DNA of 64,000 nt from the human T2T-CHM13v2.0 reference genome, Homo sapiens, in the NCBI RefSeq assembly GCF_009914755.1, contig NC_060934.1; one strand, 5' to 3'. Positions 55,201 through 64,000 of the stretch are shown here, piece after piece. The notes beneath the pieces were generated by a model that was not told the DNA's origin, did no database searches, and was given only the letters and a program-made list of their open reading frames with translations. The stretch's first letter is position 1; every line of letters begins with the position of its first letter. Made by a program: the position numbers and the translations under genes.

Positions 55201-55959
55201 ATACATAAGGAAGCAGAAGCAGCCACATGAAAGAGACCCATGTCACACAACCACAGAGCCCTGTCACTCTGAGCCAATGCCTGGTCTCTTTGCCACTGTT
55301 CTAAACTTAGGGTCTGAGCCTAACCCATCTCCAAGCAAGAAAAGCACATGTTAGGTCTATTCTGTGTGTGTCTATCAGGAGAGGTCTTTGTGGAGTTCCA
55401 GTGAGGGGTAGCAGCAGCTAGCAGGTGGGCCCTGGTTGGGAGTGGGTCCCTGTAGGAGGAGGAGGAGACAGGGCCCTCATCTCCTTCCCTCTAAGGGAGT
55501 GAGGAGGTGTGGGTGGCATGGAAAGAGTGTGCAGCCCACTAGTGTGAGCCCCAGGGCATTCCCCAGAGGGACCATCCTCTTCAGGCACCCCAGGCCAGTG
55601 GGTGCAAAGGCTCTGTGACATCTCTGAACCCCAGGCACTTCCAGAGGTCTCTGGACCCCATGGGATCCTCCAGCTAGGAGACTCATCTGTGGACCAGGGC
55701 CCTGCAGGGACTGGACTGACCATCAAGGCAGCCAGGCTGGAGAAAGCAGCCCCATCTGTAATTTGGGTTGGTGGAAGGGCCTGAGGACCCGATAGTGAGT
55801 TGGCAACAAAGGTACTTGGCTATGATGCCAAGGACAAGAAGTGAGGACTAGAACTGGGGTCAGATGGACTCCTGCAGCCCAGGAATGCAAACTAGAAGCA
55901 AGTGAGGCTTCCAGACCAGAGTTTGGAAACCAATTTTATACATGAGCAAACGAGCCTCA

Positions 55960-56085
55960 CGTCCCATCCACATAATGTCCTAGGCCTCATTTTACAAATT
56001 AGTAAATTCAGGCTCAAAGAAGACCAGGGACCCGTACAAGGTTCTGTGGGGCACCAAATGTCTGAACTGGGAACTTGGACTCTGA
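55960..56085 (-). mobile_element. MIR
   Basis: cctcattttacaaattagtaaattcaggctca...gaactgggaacttggactct. Confidence 0.55.
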
Positions 56086-57959
56086 CTGCAGACTGTTGAC
56101 TCAGCCCTGGAGCCTGGGGCAGTGTTTGGCAGACTGAGGGAGGATGTCTGAAGAGGAGCACTGGTTCTGAAAGTGGATCTGTGACCCGCTCTGGCTGGGC
56201 AACAACCTTGGGTCCTGGAGCAGCACAACCTCTCTGAATTTCATTTGTCAAGTGAAGGTGACACATGTAAAATGGCGTCTTGACATGGCTGTACTAAGAG
56301 CAGCTAGAGATGTGGCAGGGCCATTTGGTATCCTTGGTAACCTCCCACCTCAACCTGCTGGTCTCAATTTACTCTCCCAGTTGGTGAAAAGCAGAAGGGA
56401 CCCCTTAGATGTGTTAGCCACCCTTGGAGGAGGCAACTCCTGCTTTGGTCGTTGTATATTGCTAAATATCCAACTCTCATTGCAAAACAGAGCAGAAATT
56501 CAACCTGCCACCCTTGACTTGCTTCGTCTTTACCAAACTGGGGTTGTGCCAAAGATTTGAGGCTAGAAAGTGCTTTTCTTGCACTTTTCTGCTACAGGTA
56601 ACATTGTGCTGATTTTACAGCTGTGTGCACTGCTGGTACTTTTCAGCTTCCCATATAATCTAACTGATCATCCTGGTAAAACCTTTGCTGCATGAACACA
56701 GGAACAAGGGAATATACTCAGCCCTCATGGGAGACAGAGCCAGTGACCCGGATAAGACTTGGCCTTTCAGCTCTTCTGGACTACATTGGCAAAGGCCTTC
56801 CAAATGGTTTTCTTAGCTCTGCTGCCTGCTCACTCATTCACAAGCTTAGGACCATTTGAAAATCCTTCACAGGCTTCTTTGTCCATACCTTGGCTCTATC
56901 AGGTCTTACTTTGTACTGAATTGGAAGAATAATACAATCCAATTCTATTTTTTGTTTACCTCATAAAAAGAGGGTGTTCAAACCATTCTAAAGTTGATCC
57001 AGATTCCTGTGGACACTAAGCTATATGGAGAGCCTACTCAACTAATCCTGTATTCTACCAGTTGCCACTGAAAGAATCTTAGAAATCCAGATTTTCTCCA
57101 ACAAGTGCATTCTGCTATCACCTGGCAGGCCGGGGCTTTTCCTCTTTCATTATCCAATTGTTTGTTAGAACCTGGGTCAGAGATGGAAGAGTACAGCATG
57201 GTTTTGTAATGGACCTTGCACACAGCAAATATATCCCTAAACTAAGACCATCAAGCAAAACGAAACACCCCTCTTCTAAGGTGTTTAGCAGATTTCCAAG
57301 TGTTACTTTTTCAGTCTAGGTTTCTAAAAGTAATTTTGAATATTTGCTCCTCCCTATTGTTCACAGGCATTTTACAGCTAAAAGCAGTCAGCTACATGCT
57401 TGAATTGCCACTAAAAGAGAGTTCACTCTAGAGAAAAGCAGTTATCAGCTGTGACTGAGAGAGCAGGGAAAGGATAAGAAAGAGGAGAGATCGTGGTTAC
57501 AGACAATGCAGCCATCCAATCAGAAAGATATGCCTAAGGCCCCTGGGGCAGAGTTTACATGAAACCTGCAGCACCGTCTTCTCCCTGCACAACTGGGGAA
57601 GGAGTATGGACTACACTGTTTTTCCCGAAATGTACAGAAATGTGAAGCTATAGGCCTGACAGGATGTCTAGATAGAAATAGCTTCTAACCAACCTCATTG
57701 GTGACCCCAATAGAGGGACGTGATTGTGAGCTGATGCCAAGGGCTCTGCAGGCCGGCTGGATGCAGCAACCTGGACCAGCTCCCAGGAAACGGAAAGACA
57801 TGGCCCCAGATTCCTAGAAGGCTCCAGATGGAGGTGATTGAAATGAGGGAGGGACTAGGAACCAAACAGATGTCTATAAAACTGACCACAAAGAAAACAT
57901 CTTAGAACTGACCACTGATGTATAAGACTAAAAATCTCAGTCCATGCCTTCTACTTTTA

Positions 57960-58435
57960 TTGAACATTCAGTGAGCAAAAGACAGACTGAAGAACTGTTC
58001 AGAGTAAAAGAGGTTAAAAAGACTTATCAACTAAGTGAAACGTATGATCCTAGATCCTTGATGTGGGATCAGGAAAAAAATGCTAAAAAGGACATTATTG
58101 GTATGACTGGCAAATGGACTATATTGTATACTACATACATTTCCTGAGCATGATTATGAAAGAGAATGCCTTTACACTTGTTCTTAGGCGATCCACACTG
58201 AAGTATCTGGTGTTAATAGAATGACTGTAAATTACTCTTAAATGGTTCAGCAAAAATAACAAGTTTATCTATAATATGTATTGTATAATATATATATGGA
58301 AAGAGAGACAGAGACACAGGGAGAGAGAGGCAAATGGGAAAGTCAGTAGATCTAGATAAAGAGCATATGGAATTCATTGTACTATTCTTGCAACTTCTGT
58401 AAGTTTTCATTTTTTTCGAAGTAAAACTTAAAACT
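57960..58435 (+). mobile_element. L1MC4/5-like 3' UTR
   Basis: actgaagaactgttcaga, aaaggacattattgg and ttcattgtactattcttgcaactt motifs. Confidence 0.75.
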
Positions 58436-59420
58436 AAAACTTGTTTATTACTTTTATGATATCTCAGTGTTTTTATATATATGCTGCTCATAGGCATCAT
58501 GTAATTATTGATCAGTATCATACATATTACATTATTTCATCTATTGTAAGGTACTATTAATTATAAATTGCTTCCTCCCCATGTCAAAGATGTTACAGTA
58601 AATGCAGTTCTGATGTTTTGTGAATCCAAGCAGAAGACTTAGGCTTCAGGAAAATTCCCATTCTGCATTCTTAATAACTTAGAAATAAGGGAATAAGACC
58701 TCTGTAAGTCCTCTACAGAGACACAAAGACTCCCAGCTTGGAGCAAGTCTAGACTAAAAGTGTTAGAGAAGCAATGGATTGTAACCAAAGTCTAGTATGA
58801 GCTGGTCTGACACACGTGGCAGTTTGACTCCTGTGGAGGTAAAGGCATCAAGCTCTATCAGCATGCGACTCCTGTAAGGCTCTGACTCACTTCCCAGCCC
58901 TTGGCATGAGAGCCCATCACCCATCAGGAGAATCTGAATGGCATTCAGTTCCATATTCACAGAAGAGGCAAATCGGTTTCACAAACACCCATAGTCACAT
59001 TAAACTAATGTTGTTAGTTTGAGTTTTATTGCTGTTTGCAATTGTGTTTAATTTACACATTTGGTTTTTGTTTTGCACTTGTAAAGCAACTATAAGCTTA
59101 GCTGTTTGTGTTTGTGCTGCTTTATTTCCACAGCAATAACTGAAGTCAAGGCAGGGTCCATAGGAATGTTTCTTGGCCTTTGAAAAGAATAGTAGTCAAG
59201 TTTGCCAAACATTGCTTTAGGGAATTCTCACTCTCTTTTCCCAAGACTGATGGCACCCCAGCTCAGTAGTCCTTGAGGGTGTGCTTGGAGGGACTGCAGT
59301 AAGTCCAGCAGCAGATGGTACATAAATCCTCAGGAGTCAGGAGTCATTTGTGAGCCTCTTCACAGGGTCCTTGTGCTTGGCCCAAGCTAGGTGTTAGCAT
59401 GGCCCAGTGCAGAGCAGCAG

Positions 59421-59424
<4 letters not shown>

Positions 59425-59456
<32 letters not shown>
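59425..59456. repeat. (CA)16 microsatellite
   Basis: Seen directly. Confidence 0.97.
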
Positions 59457-59458
<2 letters not shown>

Positions 59459-59941
59459 TGTATGCACACACGTGCACACATGAGCTCTGGCTTCTGGTAC
59501 CCAGGCTGTGGGCTGTAGACCTGACATTTTCATGAATCTCTTTACTCTGTCTTTTCTAAAGCTCAGCACATCCTCTTTGTCCCTGTGCCCAGCTCATTTT
59601 TCTGTGGGACCTTCTGGTCACAGGGAGGGAAGCATTTGAGGCTGAAAGTAGCACCACATCCCCACACGCCTGACTCTTTCTGCAAAACCTTCTGACATGT
59701 GCCCACATCACCCTCTGTGCTCAGGCCAGAGACCACCCTGTGTTCACCAAAAGTGAGTTGCTTGCTCCCAAATGTATTTATGCTATTACCAGCATTTACA
59801 TCAACAAATGTGGACAGAGTGCTCACCACGTGCTTGTGCCCCTAAGGACCCCACCTGGGAAGCCTCCCTACCTGAAATGTGGACCTCCCTGAGCCTTTGT
59901 GGCTGCTGTCTTCCTGTCTCTGTCTCCTGCTCTTCAGAATC

Positions 59942-60603
<662 letters not shown>

Positions 60604-61167
60604 TGAGCACCACAGAAATTCTCATGAAAGGTCTGTCAGGACTCCACCATTTTGACATGACCCTCGTTTTCCCCCACAATCCCCCTTCCAGGACCCCATT
60701 GTGATGTCACATTTCAGGTCAAAGCATTACATGTTATTCTTAACACCTGCCACTTCTCTCTTCCCACCTCTATCTGCCTTATTGAACTTCATCTTTCCTT
60801 CATTCTCTTCAACTTCCACTTCTTCTTGTATGGTCCTGTTGATGCCATCTTGTTTCCGTCCCCAGACTCATCATCTTTACCCTCTGTCAACTGAGTTCCC
60901 ACCCTGGTTCTCTCTCAAGATCTTCCTCTCATAGCTTTCACCCTTGGTAAACAATGAGGACACATCTCAAAAAGAATGATGTAATTTAATTGCCTTGAGT
61001 TGGCTGGGCCATCATCTATTATAAAGTGCTCTTAAAATTAAAGCTAATTTAATTCTGAAGAACTAAGGATTAAGAAGTTAAGAGCTGGGGTTCTTACAAT
61101 ATGGCTTGCAGACTACAAGTGTGAACTGAGGAGGTCCCCAAAGTCACTTCTTACTAAGGTAATATTT

Positions 61168-61315
61168 TGTTTGTTTTTTTTAGAGAGAGGGTCTTGCTCT
61201 GTCACCCAGGCTGGAGTGCAGTGTTGCAATCATAGCTCACTGCAGCCTCTACCTCTTTGGTACTAGCCATCCTCCCACCTCAGCCTCCCCAGTAGCTAAG
61301 AGTATAGGTGCACAC
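61168..61315 (-). mobile_element. AluJ right arm / FRAM
   Basis: gcaatcatagctcactgcagcctc J-type monomer. Confidence 0.8.
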
Positions 61316-61894
61316 AAAGTAATGCTTGATTAAATGTTTTATTGCCTTTTTATTCTAAAAGCTATACTTGATCAATATAGAAAATATAAAATAATAAAAA
61401 CTACAGAAGAAATAAAATTTATCAACAATTACTAACTAAAAATAATCACTTAGACATTTCATCACTCTTGCAATATTTCTGTTAATAGCTACTTATCTAG
61501 TGGATGGAATATTTTCCATGTTATTTCCTAATTAGTCATGTCTAATATAAAAGGAAGTTCTTGAAATCCATCTTATATATTGATCCTTTGATTATTTTTT
61601 CCATAATTTTAATTAATTCATTTGCACTTTCAAAGTATATTATCTTTTTCTGAAAATTATTTTCTGTCTATTGTATACAACATTTCTGTTTCACATCTTA
61701 TGCATTGGTTGTAACTTCTAGAACAATGTCAAATAAAAATTGTAATAAATGACATTTTTTATCTGATTTTAATGGAAGTACATGTAGATATTTTGCTATT
61801 TTGTTTGAGATATTCTATGTTATCTGAAAAAAATCTTATTCTTAGTTTCTAAGGAACTTATTACAGGAATGGTTGTTGTACTTATTATAAGTCT

Positions 61895-62635
61895 TTTAAA
61901 TTGAGATACAATTCACATACTACAATTCAGTGGTTTATGGCATATTCACAAAGTTGTGTAACCATTGCCACTAATTCCAGAACGTTTTCATCACCCTAAG
62001 AAGAAATCCCATACCTGTTAGCAGTCTGTCCCATTCCTCCCATTCCCCTGAATCCCTGGCAACCACTAATCTGCTTTCTGTCTCTATAAATTTGCCTATT
62101 TGAATATTTCATTGACATGAAATTATACGTTATGTTGCCTTTTGTGTCTGGCTTCTTTCGCTTCACAGGTTTTCAAGGTTCATCCGTATATAACATGGGA
62201 TCAGTTCTTCATTTTATGGCTGAACTATATTCCATTGTATGGATATGCTATATTTTGTTTATTCTTTCATCATCTGATAAACATGTAGGTTGTTTTTACT
62301 TTCTGTATTAGGTGAATTATGTGTATTATGAATAATGTTGCTGTGAATATTCATGTACAAGTTTTTATGTGGACATATGTTTTCAATTCTCAGAATTTAC
62401 ATCTATGTTTTCTCTAAGAGTTTTATAGTTTTGACTACTACAGTTAAGTCTTTGATTTTTAGGGTTTTTTTTTTTTTATATGTTGTGAGGTAGGGATCCA
62501 ATGTCACCTTTTTGCATACAGATATCCAGTTGTCCCAGCACAATTTGCTGAAAAGATTATTCTTTCCCCCATTAAATTATCTTGGCACTCTTGAAAAATC
62601 AACTGACCATAAGTGCATTGGTTTATTTCTGATTG
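61895..62635 (-). mobile_element. L1MB-type 3' end plus L1 ORF2 fragment
   Basis: ttgagatacaattcacatac...ccctggcaaccactaatctgctttctgtctctat...gatatccagttgtcccagcac. Confidence 0.85.
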
Positions 62636-62757
62636 TTTTTAATATCTACTGAGAAAATCATAAGAATTTTCTTTCAATACAAAGCACTGTTAGAATTAAT
62701 AATTTTTAACTATCTTTAGTCAAGAGATGACCCAAATTGAGTTATGATGAAATACTC

Positions 62758-63057
62758 TTTATTTTTGAGACAGTCTCACTCTGTTGCCTAGGCTATAGGA
62801 GTGCAGTGGCACAATCATGGCTCACTGCAGCCTCAGTCTCCGAGGCTCAAGTCATCTTCCACCTCAGTCTGCTAAGTAGCTGGGACTACAGATGCGCACC
62901 ACCATGCCTAGCTAATTTTTGTATTTTTTGTTTTTTGTAGAGATGGGGTTTTGCCATTTTGCCCAGGCTTGTCTCAAACTGCTAGGCTCAAGCGATCCAC
63001 CTGCCCTTGGCCTCCCAAAGTGCTGGGATTACAGGCGTGAGTCCACCATGCCAGGCC
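62758..63057 (-). mobile_element. AluJ
   Basis: ctcactgcagcctc and ggctcaagcgatcc J diagnostics. Confidence 0.9.
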
Positions 63058-63649
63058 AGTCATGGTGAATTATTGTTTTTGTAGTCTGTTAAACTAGATT
63101 AGCTATTATTTTGTGTTAATAAGTGAGATCGACATATTGCCTACTTTTTTAGTGCCATCTTTTTCAGGCTTTGTTATGAGGTTTATGTAGGTTTTATAAC
63201 ATAAGCTCCATCTTCTATAGTTTGGGAAAATAAAGGGTTTAAAGTGGTTCACAATTTAAAATGTTTGAGGTCCCCTGACACCTCTGGAAGGATTTCCCTT
63301 GCTCCTGTCTGTGAGGTCCCAGGTATCTGCAAAATTATGTCTAAACCACAAATGAATGTTTAACTCAGTTGAGTTTCAGTTATAGTTAAAGAACAAGTCA
63401 CAACCTTAAGAATAATGTTATTCTCTTCTTCTCCATCCGTGTCAGCTGAAGTTATCCTTTACATTAATAGTTTGCTTACCCGAGGTTGCTGTCATCTTTC
63501 ATTTTTCCTGAACACTCATCATGTTTCTCTTCATCTGCAGCTGCTGCTACTTAATCTAAAGAAAATGCAGCCTGTGCAGTTGACATATTTGCTTTCCTAA
63601 ATACCTTGCATCTGTCTTTACACTGAAGTTTGCCTCTCTGTGTGACAAT

Positions 63650-63830
63650 TAGAACATAGGCTTGGAGCCAAGCTGGTGTACACCAGCCATATGACCTTTG
63701 TAGGGTCTTTGCTTACTCACCAACAGAACACGGACAATAGTAGGATCCACCTCATTGGACTGTGGAGAGCACTGAATGATTTACTATTCACAAAGTGTTT
63801 AAAATGATGCTTTGCCCTTAGAATACAGAA
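63650..63830 (+). mobile_element. MIR (degenerate)
   Basis: agaacataggcttggagcca...atagtaggatccacctcattggactgtggagagcactgaatga. Confidence 0.55.
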
Positions 63831-63934
63831 TTTAGCACTTAAAAACACTTGTCTCTTACAGGCTGAAATTTCAGAGCTTAGATATTATGCCTCATTTCAA
63901 TTCTCTCCCATACTGATTTTTTAAAAATAAAACT

Positions 63935-64000
63935 TTCTGTGTCCGTGTGTTCTCATTGTTCAATTCCCACCTATGAGTGAGAATATACGGTGTTTGGTTT
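63935..64000 (-). mobile_element. Young L1PA (PA2/3-like) 3' UTR segment, antisense, running off the window
   Basis: ctgtgtccgtgtgttctcattgttcaattcccacctatgagtgagaatatacggtgtttggttt closely matches the antisense L1PA 3' UTR. Confidence 0.92.

Overview
Primate (human-like) genomic DNA covering the 5' part of VSTM4 (C10orf72) on the minus strand. It holds a CpG-island promoter (~53.9-54.75 kb) and coding exons 1-5 (54319-54373, 46477-46878, 24838-24906, 16103-16210, 3905-3938). These splice with canonical GT-AG junctions into 668 nt encoding signal peptide, Ig V domain, stalk, TM helix and the start of the cytoplasmic tail; later exons lie beyond position 1. Intron 2 contains a well-supported alternative terminal exon (42620-42738) giving a 191-aa isoform without the exon 4 TM helix. 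The rest is intron/intergenic DNA dense in Alu, L1, L2, L3, MIR, MaLR/ERV1/ERVL solo LTRs, hAT and Tigger elements and microsatellites. Nearly all other ORFs in the track are spurious. I see no new multi-gene system. The most notable items are the short isoform and the repeats around it, the Peptide Lv cassette carrying Ser68, several perfect short palindromes that look like template-switch scars, a 46-bp local duplication, a MIR split by three nested insertions, and a probable twin-primed L1 at the right edge. Repeat subfamily names come from recalled consensus sequences, and boundaries of old repeats are approximate.
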